64,000 nucleotides of DNA from an uncultured Actinomycetes bacterium (lineage in GTDB: Bacteria > Actinomycetota > Actinomycetes > S36-B12 > UBA10799), in NCBI GenBank assembly GCA_964474045.1, contig CAYYRC010000013.1, positions 20,413 through 84,412 on the forward strand, given 5' to 3'. The notes beneath the pieces are model-generated. The model did not search any database. It saw only the letters and a list, made by a program, of their open reading frames with translations, and was not told the DNA's origin. Made by a program: the position numbers and the translations under genes. This document shows, in pieces, positions 8,067-16,801 of this stretch. How positions within the stretch are numbered: position 1 is the first letter of the stretch; every line of letters starts with the position of its first letter.

Positions 8067-9595
8067 GCCGCCGGCGTGTAGCCCAAGGGTGCCAGCAGCT
8101 CGGTCCAGAGCGGGCCGGATTCCGTCGCCGGCCCCAGCACCCCGCAGTGCTCCAGCCCACGGGTGAAGTACTCGCCGATGGCTGCCCGCACCCGTGCCTC
8201 TGCGGCTTCCGGCGCAGCCGACGGGTGCCCCCCGTGGTCCACGCGCAGCTCCTCGACCATCGGCGCGTGGGCCACGAGGTCGGGCGCGAGCTCCCCCGCA
8301 CCCGACACCACCTCGGCCAGCCGAGGGATGTCGGCGGCGAGGCGTCCCGGCAGCACGGCCAAGCCCATCACCTCGATGAGGCCGATGTTCTCCTTCTTGA
8401 CCGGGTGAATCTCGGCGTGGGGATGGAAGAGCCCGTCGGGATGGGCCGGCGTCGTGCGGTTGTTGCGGAGCACCACGTCGAGTTGGAAGTCCCGCCCAAC
8501 CCGACGGGCGATCGGCGTGACGGTGTTGTGCGGCGTATCGCCGGTGCGGGCCTTGACCTCCGTCTGCGGCACCTCGTGGTCGCGCCACGCCGTCAACAAG
8601 GCGAAGCCTGCGGCTGTCAGCACCTGCGGATCCGCGGCGGTCAGCCGCAGCACCGACAGCGGCCAGTCCAGGACCTGTGCCCGCAGCCCGGCAGCAGGAC
8701 CCTCGAAGGCCATCACCGTCCGCGCCCGTTGGATGGGGAACTCGTTGCGCCCACCCTGGAAGTGGTCGTGGCTCAGGATGGAGCCGCCCACGATGGGCAG
8801 GTCCGCGTTGGAGCCGACGAAGTAGTCCGGGAACTGGCCGACGAAGTCCAGCAGCCGGGCGAAGGTCGTCCGCGTGAGCTGCATCGGACGGTGCTCCCCG
8901 GACAGCACGATGCAGTGCTCGAGGTAGTACAGGTAGGGCGAGTACTGCAGGTACCAGTCGTCGCCGGCGAGGTCGAGGGCGATCACCCGCAGGTTCTGTC
9001 GGGCGGGATGATCCCGGCGGCCGGCGTAACCCTCGTTCGCCGGGCACAACAGGCAGGCCGGGTACGCTGCGCCGCCAGTGCCCCCGCCGCTGGCGGCCGC
9101 TGCGATGTCGCGCGGATCCTTCTCGGGCTTGGCCAGGTTGATGGTGATGTCGAGCTCGCCGTAGCGGCTCGGGTAGCGCCATCGCGGGTTGGCCGCCGAG
9201 CGGGCGGCATGGACGTAGTTGGCATCGACGCACAGGCGGTAGAAGGCGTCCGTGGCCAGGCTCGGCGAGTGCCCATAGTGCCGCCAGAAGTCGGCTGTGA
9301 CCGCGGACGGACGCGCCATCAACGCGCCCATCACCGCAGCGTCGAGCAGGTCGCGCTGGCCAGGCGTGTCGTCGATCACCCCGCGGCCGGCGGCATCGGA
9401 GAGCAGCGGTGCCAGCAGCTGGTCCGGGCCGACGCCGTCGTCGTGGCGCGGGCCGTCGTAGCTGCCCGGCGAGTCCAGCCGCAGCACCTCCAGCACCTGG
9501 TTGACCGCCCAGCGCTCGTCGTCGGGGCGGATCAGCCCCGTGGACAGCGCGTAGCCGACCAGCGCGCCCAGCGCAGGGCCTGGGTCCAGGGTCAT
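8063..9595 (-). CDS. galT: UDP-glucose--hexose-1-phosphate uridylyltransferase (GalT, family 2)
   Basis: ORF 8063..9790. It has the family-2 GalT signature SILSHDHFQGG. I set the start at ATG 9595, which overlaps the galK stop (ATGA at 9592..9595). Confidence 0.9.
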   Translation of the reverse strand: MTLDPGPALGALVGYALSTGLIRPDDERWAVNQVLEVLRLDSPGSYDGPRHDDGVGPDQLLAPLLSDAAGRGVIDDTPGQRDLLDAAVMGALMARPSAVTADFWRHYGHSPSLATDAFYRLCVDANYVHAARSAANPRWRYPSRYGELDITINLAKPEKDPRDIAAAASGGGTGGAAYPACLLCPANEGYAGRRDHPARQNLRVIALDLAGDDWYLQYSPYLYYLEHCIVLSGEHRPMQLTRTTFARLLDFVGQFPDYFVGSNADLPIVGGSILSHDHFQGGRNEFPIQRARTVMAFEGPAAGLRAQVLDWPLSVLRLTAADPQVLTAAGFALLTAWRDHEVPQTEVKARTGDTPHNTVTPIARRVGRDFQLDVVLRNNRTTPAHPDGLFHPHAEIHPVKKENIGLIEVMGLAVLPGRLAADIPRLAEVVSGAGELAPDLVAHAPMVEELRVDHGGHPSAAPEAAEARVRAAIGEYFTRGLEHCGVLGPATESGPLWTELLAPLGYTPAA

Positions 9596-10782
9596 TGCGC
9601 CGCCACCTCTCGCGCCCCGTCGCCGCTGCCCATGACGATGCAGGTGGACCGTACCCCGGTGGCTTCCAGGTAGTCCCGGTCGATACCGGCCATCACGGCG
9701 TCCTCGGTGCCCGGACGGGCCAACACGACGGCGCACCCGCCGAAGCCGGCCCCCGTCATTCGGGCGCCGATCGTGCCGGGCTGTGCCCACGCCGCCTCCG
9801 CCAGGGCGTCCAGCTGCGGCCCGGTGACCTCGAAGTCGTCGCGAAGGGACTCGTGCGACTCGCGCATGAGCCGGCCGAACGCGGCCAGATCACCCTGCTG
9901 CAGCGCTGTCGCGGCCGCCACGACACGAGCTTGTTCGGTGACGGTGTGACGGGCGCGCCGCAGCTCCTCGGCCGACAGCTCGCCCGCCGCCGCGTCGACC
10001 CCCGCCAACGACGCCGCCACCAGGTGCTCCGTCCCCAACTTCGCAGCCGCCCGCTCCACTGCTGCCCGCCGGTCGTTGTAGGCGGAGCCGGACAGGCTGC
10101 GCCGGTGGTTGGTGTTGGCGACGATGAGAACCGCCCGGTCGTGCGGGAACGGCACGTAGGTGACGTCCAGCGATGCGCAGTCCATCAACATCGCCTGTCC
10201 CGCGCGCCCGCGCGCCACGGCCAGCTGGTCCATGATCCCGCAGTCCACCCCGATGTAGTCGTTCTCGACCCGTTGGCCCACGAGCGCCAGCGCGGTGGCG
10301 TCCAGGCCGAAGCCGCCCAGGGAGTTGAAGGCGCAGGCGGCGGCCAGCTCCAGCGACGCCGACGACGACAGCCCACCGCCGTCGGGGATGTCCCCAGCGA
10401 CCAGCAGGTCGAAGCCGCCCGGCAAGGACAGGCCGTCGGCGGCCAGCACGTCCACCACGCCCAGCACGTAGGAGAACCAGTCATGGGCCGCGTCGAAGCC
10501 CGTCTGTCGGACGTCCGCCCGCACGCTGCCGACCCGGTCCAAAGAGCTGGCCCGGATGACGTCGTCCGGCCGCTCCCGGATCATCACCACGGTCCCGCGA
10601 TCGATCGCGATCGGCAGCACCAGGCCACCGCTGTAGTCGATGTGGTCGCCGATGAGGTTCACCCGGCCCGGGGCGAAGAACGTCCTGATGGGACTACCGG
10701 CGGCGCCCTCGCCGAACTCCCGCTCGAAGGCGTCCCGCACCTGCGTAAGATCCCGCAACGCACTCCCCCTTTGCAGGTCCAT
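9592..10782 (-). CDS. galK: galactokinase
   Basis: 396-aa ORF with the galactokinase signature GRVNLIGDHIDY and the GHMP ATP-binding motif PDGGGLSSSAS. Confidence 0.95.
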   Translation of the reverse strand: MDLQRGSALRDLTQVRDAFEREFGEGAAGSPIRTFFAPGRVNLIGDHIDYSGGLVLPIAIDRGTVVMIRERPDDVIRASSLDRVGSVRADVRQTGFDAAHDWFSYVLGVVDVLAADGLSLPGGFDLLVAGDIPDGGGLSSSASLELAAACAFNSLGGFGLDATALALVGQRVENDYIGVDCGIMDQLAVARGRAGQAMLMDCASLDVTYVPFPHDRAVLIVANTNHRRSLSGSAYNDRRAAVERAAAKLGTEHLVAASLAGVDAAAGELSAEELRRARHTVTEQARVVAAATALQQGDLAAFGRLMRESHESLRDDFEVTGPQLDALAEAAWAQPGTIGARMTGAGFGGCAVVLARPGTEDAVMAGIDRDYLEATGVRSTCIVMGSGDGAREVAAQ

Positions 10783-10914
10783 CGGAAATCATCGCCGAAT
10801 TACCACTGTGGTTTTCAGCAGTCGCACCACCATGCCGGGGCAACCTTTGCCACGCTAGCGAGTACGTCCACGGCTTGCGAGCCCAGCAGCGCACCACGAG
10901 GGGAGAGGACCGAC

Positions 10915-12234
10915 ATGTCGGAATTGTCATCGGCGCCGGAGTACGGCGAGGCCGCGCTCGAGGTCGATCCGTTCGGTGAACCCACCAAACGCGTCACCAC
11001 GTCCATGATGATCGTGCTGGGCCTGGCGAACCTCGGCATCTGGACGGCCTTCTTCGCACCCATCCAGTTCCTGCTGCCGCTGCAGGTCGAGGCCATCGCA
11101 CCGAGCACCAAGGAGAGCAGCCTGACGCTGGTGCTCACCATCGGCGCCATCGTGTCGTTGGTGGCCAGCCCCATCGCGGGCGCCCTCAGCGACCGCACGT
11201 CGTCGCGGCTGGGGCGCCGCCGTCCCTGGGTGCTGTGGCCCTCGGTGGCGGCGTTCGCCGTCCTCATCATCATGGGCGGGCTGACGACGATCGGCGGCCT
11301 GGTACTCGGCTGGGCGCTGGCGCAGCTGACGCTGAACGCCTCCTACGCGGCGGTCACGGCGATCCTGCCCGACCAGATCCCGGTCGAGCAGCGGGGCACC
11401 GCCTCGGCGATCGTGGGCGTCGCGCAGCCACTGGGCGTGGTCGTGGGCGCGATCATCGCCACCGCGGTGCCGGGGGACAACCTGGCCGCCAACGGCCAGT
11501 TCACCCGCTTCATCGTTGTGGCAGCCATCCTGATCCTCACCGCGGCGCTGTTCCTGTTCCGGATCAAGGACCCGCAGCTGGACAAGAGCCGGGTACCGCC
11601 GATGAACTGGGGCAAGTTCATCAAGGACTTCTGGGTCAGCCCCAAGGAGCACCCCGACTTCGCCTGGGTCTGGTTCACCCGCTTCCTGGTGATCCTCGGC
11701 ACGGCTTTCGTCACGTCGTACCTGCTGTACTTCACCCGCGACGTGCTGGGCAAGTCCGCTGAGGAGGCGCCGGACGTGGTGCGCAACATCCTCATGGTCT
11801 ACGTGCTGGTGCTCACCGTGGCGACCATCATCGTCGGTCCGCTGTCGGACAAGGCCGGCAAGGTCAAGCCTTTCGTGATGGGGGCGTCGGTCATCGCCGC
11901 CGCGGCGATCGCCCTGCTGGCGTTCTCGCACACCGTGATGATGGCGACGATCGCCGCGGCGCTGATGGCGGTCGGGTTCGGCGCCTACACCGCCGTCGAT
12001 CTGGCCCTGGTTTCCCGCGTGCTGCCCAACGCCGAGGACCGCGCCCGCGACCTGGGCGTGATCAACATCGCCAACGCGCTGCCGCAGGTGCTGGCGCCCG
12101 TGGTGTGCGGCGCGGTGATCACCGGGCTCAAGGGCCAGGGCTACGACACCGCCTACATGGTGCTGTACCTGCTGGGCGCCGTCATCTGCCTGCTGGGAGC
12201 CATCCTGGTGGTCAAGGTCAAGAGCGTCCCGTGA
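10915..12234 (+). CDS. MFS transporter (glycoside/cation symporter-like)
   Basis: The 3-prime part of ORF 9595..12234, from ATG 10915 (GGGGAGAGG upstream). About 12 hydrophobic segments and the MFS loop motif GALSDRTSSRLGRRRPW. Everything upstream of 10915 is antisense to galK. Confidence 0.85.
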   Translation: MSELSSAPEYGEAALEVDPFGEPTKRVTTSMMIVLGLANLGIWTAFFAPIQFLLPLQVEAIAPSTKESSLTLVLTIGAIVSLVASPIAGALSDRTSSRLGRRRPWVLWPSVAAFAVLIIMGGLTTIGGLVLGWALAQLTLNASYAAVTAILPDQIPVEQRGTASAIVGVAQPLGVVVGAIIATAVPGDNLAANGQFTRFIVVAAILILTAALFLFRIKDPQLDKSRVPPMNWGKFIKDFWVSPKEHPDFAWVWFTRFLVILGTAFVTSYLLYFTRDVLGKSAEEAPDVVRNILMVYVLVLTVATIIVGPLSDKAGKVKPFVMGASVIAAAAIALLAFSHTVMMATIAAALMAVGFGAYTAVDLALVSRVLPNAEDRARDLGVINIANALPQVLAPVVCGAVITGLKGQGYDTAYMVLYLLGAVICLLGAILVVKVKSVP

Positions 12235-13616
12235 GCACCGAGCCGACGCTGCGCGCCGACTTCGGCGACGACTTCACCTGGGGTGTGGCCACCGCGTCCT
12301 ACCAGATCGAGGGCGCACCCGACGCCGACGGCAAGGGCCCGTCGATCTGGGACACCTTCACCCACAAGCGCGACTGGCGCGGCCGCTCGCCCATCAAGGA
12401 CGGCAGCACGGGCGATGTCGCGACCGACTCCTACCGGCGGTACCCGGAGGACATCGCCCTGACGAGGTCCCTGGGCTTCGACGCATACCGCTACTCGCTG
12501 GCCTGGTCGCGCATCCTCCCCACTGGTGCGGGCCGGGTCAACCAGGCCGGGCTGGACCACTACCGGCGGGTGGCCGAGGCCTGCCTGGAGCAGGGCATCG
12601 AGCCCTGGGTGACGCTCTACCACTGGGATCTGCCGCAGGGCCTGCAGGACGTCGGCGGCTGGACCAACCGGGACACGGTCTTCCGGTACGTCGACTACGT
12701 CACCACCGTGGGCGAGGCCATGGGCGACCTGGTCAAGCACTGGATGCTGTTCAACGAGCCGCTCAACGTGGTGATCTCCGGGCACCTGGTGGGCATGTTC
12801 GCCCCCGGGATGAAGTCGCTGCACGCCTACTTCGCAGCCCTGCACCACGTCAACCTCGCACAGGGGCTGGGCTCGCGGGCACTGCGGGCGGCGGCCCCCG
12901 ACGCCGACATCGGCACCACCCAGTACCTGACGCCGTCGGTGGGCACCGGACCCGCCCCGCTGGCGGGCCTGGCCCAGCGCTCCGCGGACGCGGTGCTCAA
13001 CCGGGCGTTCGTGGAGCCGCTGCTGGGGCTGGGCTATCCCTGGGAGGAGGTGGGGTTGCTCAAGGGTGTGCGGGCCTACATGCGCGAAGGCGACGAGGCG
13101 GACATCGTGGCCGACCTGGACTTCCTCGGCGTCCAGTACTACACCCGACTGCGCGCCCCGTGGCTGCCGATCCCCGGGCTCTGGACCGTCCCCAGCTTCG
13201 GCGGCGGCGACCCGTCCGACCCGGGGTGCACGTCGCTGGGGTGGGAGATCGACCCCAGCGGCCTCGGGATGGTGCTGGATGCGATGCACGCCTACGGGTC
13301 GTTCCCACGTCTGGTGGTGACCGAGGGCGGCGCGTCGTTCGACGACAGGATCGCAGGCGGCCGCGTGCATGATCCGCGGCGCATCGCCTACTACGAGTCC
13401 CACATCGCACAGGTGTTGGCCGCACGCGAGCGCGGCGTGCCGGTGGACGGCTACTTCGCCTGGTCGCTGCTGGACAACTTCGAATGGGCCGAGGGGCTGG
13501 TGCCGCGCTTCGGCCTGGCCTACACCGACTACGCCACCCAGGAACGCACGATCAAGGACTCCGGGTACTGGTTCGCCGAGCAGCTCGGGGGAACAGCGCG
13601 CCCGCCGTCACCCTGA
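12231..13616 (+). CDS. GH1 beta-glucosidase/beta-galactosidase
   Basis: ORF 12105..13616. GH1 motifs FTWGVATASYQIEG and LYHWDLPQ, LFNEP (acid/base Glu), and VVTEGG (nucleophile region). The GTG 12231 start overlaps the MFS stop (GTGA). Confidence 0.9.
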   Translation: MSTEPTLRADFGDDFTWGVATASYQIEGAPDADGKGPSIWDTFTHKRDWRGRSPIKDGSTGDVATDSYRRYPEDIALTRSLGFDAYRYSLAWSRILPTGAGRVNQAGLDHYRRVAEACLEQGIEPWVTLYHWDLPQGLQDVGGWTNRDTVFRYVDYVTTVGEAMGDLVKHWMLFNEPLNVVISGHLVGMFAPGMKSLHAYFAALHHVNLAQGLGSRALRAAAPDADIGTTQYLTPSVGTGPAPLAGLAQRSADAVLNRAFVEPLLGLGYPWEEVGLLKGVRAYMREGDEADIVADLDFLGVQYYTRLRAPWLPIPGLWTVPSFGGGDPSDPGCTSLGWEIDPSGLGMVLDAMHAYGSFPRLVVTEGGASFDDRIAGGRVHDPRRIAYYESHIAQVLAARERGVPVDGYFAWSLLDNFEWAEGLVPRFGLAYTDYATQERTIKDSGYWFAEQLGGTARPPSP

Positions 13617-13672
13617 GCGAACGTCAGGCGGAGGGGGGCGGCGGGCGCGATGCTGCTGGCAGGTTCAGCCGA

Positions 13673-14161
13673 TCAGGTGCCGTGCACCTTCTCCTTGACG
13701 GGCAGGTCCACGACCTTGGCCGGCACGTAGGTGCCCTCGAACAGCTGGTAGCTGGCGCAGACGCGGTGGTAGCCGTCGGCGATCGTGAGCGGGTAGCCGT
13801 TGAGGAGGTCGCCGCGGATGATCAGCACCGGCGACAGCGGAACTCCGGTCATGATCTTGACAAGGTCGGCGCGCACGCGCATGTCGTCGAAGGGCAGCAG
13901 GTCCAGCCGAGCGGCGCGCAGCAGGTCGTTGGCCCGGTAGTGCTCGATCGGCGCCTTCTTCAGGTCGTCGACGAGCTTGTCGACCGTGTCGGGGTCGGCG
14001 ATCAGCGCGAGGTAGTTGGCGGCAGCCGGGTAGTCGTGGGCGGCCTCGTCGGCGCGCCAGGTGGCCTGTATCTGCGGCGGCGGGGAAGGCTTGCGCGCAG
14101 GCTCCCAAGTGTCGAGCTTGACGTCCTTCTTCTTGTCGTCGTCCTTCTTGTCGTCAGACAT
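13673..14161 (-). CDS. ParB/sulfiredoxin-fold domain protein with a Lys/Asp-rich N-terminal tail
   Basis: The 3-prime part of ORF 13673..14266, from ATG 14161 (GGAGGA 3 nt upstream). The core PLSPVLIIRGDLLNGYPLTIADGYHRVCASYQLFEGTYVPAKVV resembles the ParB N-domain DGHHR box and the sulfiredoxin FGGCHR...IPAKLV region. The start overlaps the MFS stop by 8 nt. Confidence 0.5.
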   Translation of the reverse strand: MSDDKKDDDKKKDVKLDTWEPARKPSPPPQIQATWRADEAAHDYPAAANYLALIADPDTVDKLVDDLKKAPIEHYRANDLLRAARLDLLPFDDMRVRADLVKIMTGVPLSPVLIIRGDLLNGYPLTIADGYHRVCASYQLFEGTYVPAKVVDLPVKEKVHGT

Positions 14162-15461
14162 CGATCCTCCGTGAGTTGACTGCATCGGTGCCCGCAGCGT
14201 AGCCGCGGGGGGCCCCGCAAGCCCGCTGGTCGCGGCTCCGTCGCCACACCAGCGCCAACGCCGCAAGACCCAGCAGAGCGGCCGCGCCGCCCCCGATCAA
14301 TCCCCACCTCGGCCCCCAGTGGTTGGACACCCAACCCAGCAGCGGCCCGCCGACCGGGTTTCCGCCGAAGAAGACCAGAGCGTAGATGCCCATCACTCGG
14401 CCCCGCATGCGCCCGGCGGTGCCGGTCTGCAGATAGCTCTGCGCCGCCACCGAGAACGTCAGCGCCCCTACCCCGCACAGCGGCAGCACGAGCAGGAACG
14501 CGGTATATGTCGGCATGAGCCCGGCGATCATGGTCAACGCACCGAAGGCCACGCCGGAGCCCAGCACCAGACCCAGACCTGGGGTGCTGCGCCGACGGGC
14601 TGCGAGCAACGATCCGACGATGGACCCGCACGACAGGGCCGTCCCCATGAAGCCGAAGGCGGCAGCACCGACAGCGAACTCCCCGGTAGCCATCAGCGCC
14701 GTGGTGGTGGCGAAGTTGAACGCGAACGTGGCGGCAATGGCAACCGCAAGCAGCACCAGCAGCAAGTCCCGACGATCCGCGACGTACCGGAGCCCGGCGC
14801 GGAAGGTCACCGACTCGCGCAGGTCCACCGGACCCCGCGTCCCGACCTGGATGCGTCCCAGCGCCGCGATCGCGATCACGTAGGACAGCGCATTCACGGC
14901 GAAGACGCCCCCCACACCCGACATCGCCGCGATCATCAGGCCGGCAAGGGCCGGACCGACGATCCGGGACAGGTTGAAGACGGCGCTGTTCAGCGCCACG
15001 GCATTGGTCAGGCGGGGCCGGTCCACCACGTCGCTCAAGAACGCCTGCCGGGTGGGATGGTCGACCGCAGCGGCGGAGCCCAGCAGGAACGCGACCAGGT
15101 ACACCGCTGCCACCGACGCCGTTCCCGCCAGGGTGAGCAGCGCGAGCGCGGCGGCGGCTAGGGCCCCGACCGCGCTCGTCACCATGAGCACCCGTCGCCG
15201 CGGGTAGCGGTCGGCGATGACGCCCGCCACCGGGGCGAGCAACAGGAACGGCAGGAACTGGCACGCCGTCGTGATGCCCAGGGCGACGGCATCGCCGTGG
15301 GACACCTGCAGCACCAGCCAGTCCTGGGCGAGGCGCTGCATCCAGGACCCGACGCTGGTGATCCCCTGTCCGCCCAGGTACCAGCGGTAGTTGACCGAAC
15401 GCAGCGCGGCGAACATGCTCTGCCTCGCGTCCGGGATCGACGGCGCGACGATGGCGCTCAC
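14154..15461 (-). CDS. MFS transporter (EntS/efflux-like)
   Basis: 435-aa ORF with 12 hydrophobic segments and the MFS motif GVIADRYPRRRVL. The GTG start overlaps the marR stop (GTGA at 15458..15461). Confidence 0.85.
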   Translation of the reverse strand: MSAIVAPSIPDARQSMFAALRSVNYRWYLGGQGITSVGSWMQRLAQDWLVLQVSHGDAVALGITTACQFLPFLLLAPVAGVIADRYPRRRVLMVTSAVGALAAAALALLTLAGTASVAAVYLVAFLLGSAAAVDHPTRQAFLSDVVDRPRLTNAVALNSAVFNLSRIVGPALAGLMIAAMSGVGGVFAVNALSYVIAIAALGRIQVGTRGPVDLRESVTFRAGLRYVADRRDLLLVLLAVAIAATFAFNFATTTALMATGEFAVGAAAFGFMGTALSCGSIVGSLLAARRRSTPGLGLVLGSGVAFGALTMIAGLMPTYTAFLLVLPLCGVGALTFSVAAQSYLQTGTAGRMRGRVMGIYALVFFGGNPVGGPLLGWVSNHWGPRWGLIGGGAAALLGLAALALVWRRSRDQRACGAPRGYAAGTDAVNSRRIDV

Positions 15462-15916
15462 TGCTGCACCAACTCAGACAGCAGAACCGCTGCTCGGCCC
15501 AGCACCTGCCGGTCGGCCTCGGGCACGTGGGCGAGCCTCTCGGCCAGCCACGCCCGGCGAGCGCGGCGGATATCGGCGATGAACCGCCTCCCATCGTCTG
15601 TGGCGGCCACGAGCACGCGGCGGCCGTCGGCTGGGTCGATGGTGCGGCTGACCAGCCCTTCGCCCTCCAGGCAGGCCACTGTCCTGGTCATGCTCGGCCC
15701 GCGGACCCCCTCGGCCGCCGCAAGCTCGGACATCGGCACCGGTCCGGAGCGGACCACGCTCGCCAGCGTCCCGAGCTGGGTCGAGCCGATGTCGGCGCGC
15801 CGCTCTGCCCGCAGTCGGCGGGCCAGTCGCATCACGGCGATGTGCAGATCGGCAGCCAGCTCGGCCACAGGGTCGCCGGCGGCATCGGGCAGCGGTTCAT
15901 AGTCGTCTTGAATCAT
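15458..15916 (-). CDS. MarR family transcriptional regulator
   Basis: ORF 15458..15937. Winged-HTH MarR pattern (LGTLASVVRSGPVPMSELAAAEGVRGPSMTRTVACLEGEGLVSR ... DGRRVLV). I set the start at ATG 15916, which has GAAGGAG 5 nt upstream. Confidence 0.9.
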   Translation of the reverse strand: MIQDDYEPLPDAAGDPVAELAADLHIAVMRLARRLRAERRADIGSTQLGTLASVVRSGPVPMSELAAAEGVRGPSMTRTVACLEGEGLVSRTIDPADGRRVLVAATDDGRRFIADIRRARRAWLAERLAHVPEADRQVLGRAAVLLSELVQQ

Positions 15917-16014
15917 GTGTGCTCCTTCGTGGCTCAAGTCCTTTGCTTCGAAACTACTTACTTAGGCTTGCTAACTATTATGACGCATGGGCTCCGTCGA
16001 TGGTTCCGTCGCGG

Positions 16015-16797
16015 TCAGAGCAGCGCGCGCGCCACGAAGGACGCCGCAACGACAAGCATCGTCGCCTGGATGATCCGCGTGCTCTGCCGACCGGTCAGAC
16101 GGTGCAGCCAGCGGGCACCGATCGGCGCACCGGCCAGTCCGCCGACGGCGATGACGAGCCCCGTCCGCCAGTGGATGTCCGCGCCCGCCCCCAGATGCGC
16201 GGCGACCGCCGCCATCGACGCGAACAGCACCACGGCAAGGCTGATCCGCGATGCCAGCCGCACGGGGGTCGAGAGCAGCAGCGTCTGGAACGGGACCATG
16301 ATCAGCCCCCCGCCGACGCCGAAGAGGCCAGCCAACGTGCCGCCGCCGAAGCCAGTCGCGAGCGCCGCACCCGCGTTGGCGGGAGGCAGATCGGAACCGC
16401 TGTCGCCGGCTCCCACGTCAACCCGATCCTCGGACCGCAGGCGGAGCTGCATCAACCCCGCGGCGATGACGTTGAAGACCGCGAACGAGAGCAGCAGCGC
16501 CGCCGCCGGGATGGAGTGCGCGAGCCACACCCCAAGCGGCGCCGCCAGCATTGCCGGGATGGCCAGCAGCAGCACCCGCCGCCACGGCAGGGCGAAACGG
16601 CGCAGATTGGTCCAGGTTCCCGACAGGGCCGAGAGCGAGATCGCAACGTTCGAGGTGGCGGTCGCCGACAGCGGGGGCAACCCTAACCAGACCAATATGG
16701 GAACCAGCAGAACGCCGCCACCGGCCCCGGTCACGCCGGCGAAGACCCCCGCCAGCAGACCCGCAACGAGCTCGATACCGAGCTCGAGCGGACTCAC
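16015..16797 (-). CDS. TauE/SafE family sulfite/anion exporter (DUF81)
   Basis: 260-aa ORF with 7-8 TM segments and a duplicated G-rich motif (GVTGAGGGVLLVP ... GLFGVGGGLIMVP). It starts 4 nt after the stop of the acyl-CoA dehydrogenase gene. Confidence 0.85.
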   Translation of the reverse strand: MSPLELGIELVAGLLAGVFAGVTGAGGGVLLVPILVWLGLPPLSATATSNVAISLSALSGTWTNLRRFALPWRRVLLLAIPAMLAAPLGVWLAHSIPAAALLLSFAVFNVIAAGLMQLRLRSEDRVDVGAGDSGSDLPPANAGAALATGFGGGTLAGLFGVGGGLIMVPFQTLLLSTPVRLASRISLAVVLFASMAAVAAHLGAGADIHWRTGLVIAVGGLAGAPIGARWLHRLTGRQSTRIIQATMLVVAASFVARALL

Positions 16798-16801
16798 GGA
16801 T

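Noticed and set aside
6489-9233. 914-aa minus-strand ORF
   Set aside because: It runs antisense or off-frame through the hydrolase and peroxiredoxin genes and out of frame through galT. The composition is Arg/Gly/Pro junk, while the real genes on the other frames have clear family motifs.
9595-10914. 440-codon N-terminal extension of the MFS ORF (9595..12234)
   Set aside because: The extension is antisense to galK and has non-membrane, Arg/His-rich composition. A proper ATG with an SD-like sequence at 10915 begins the hydrophobic transporter.
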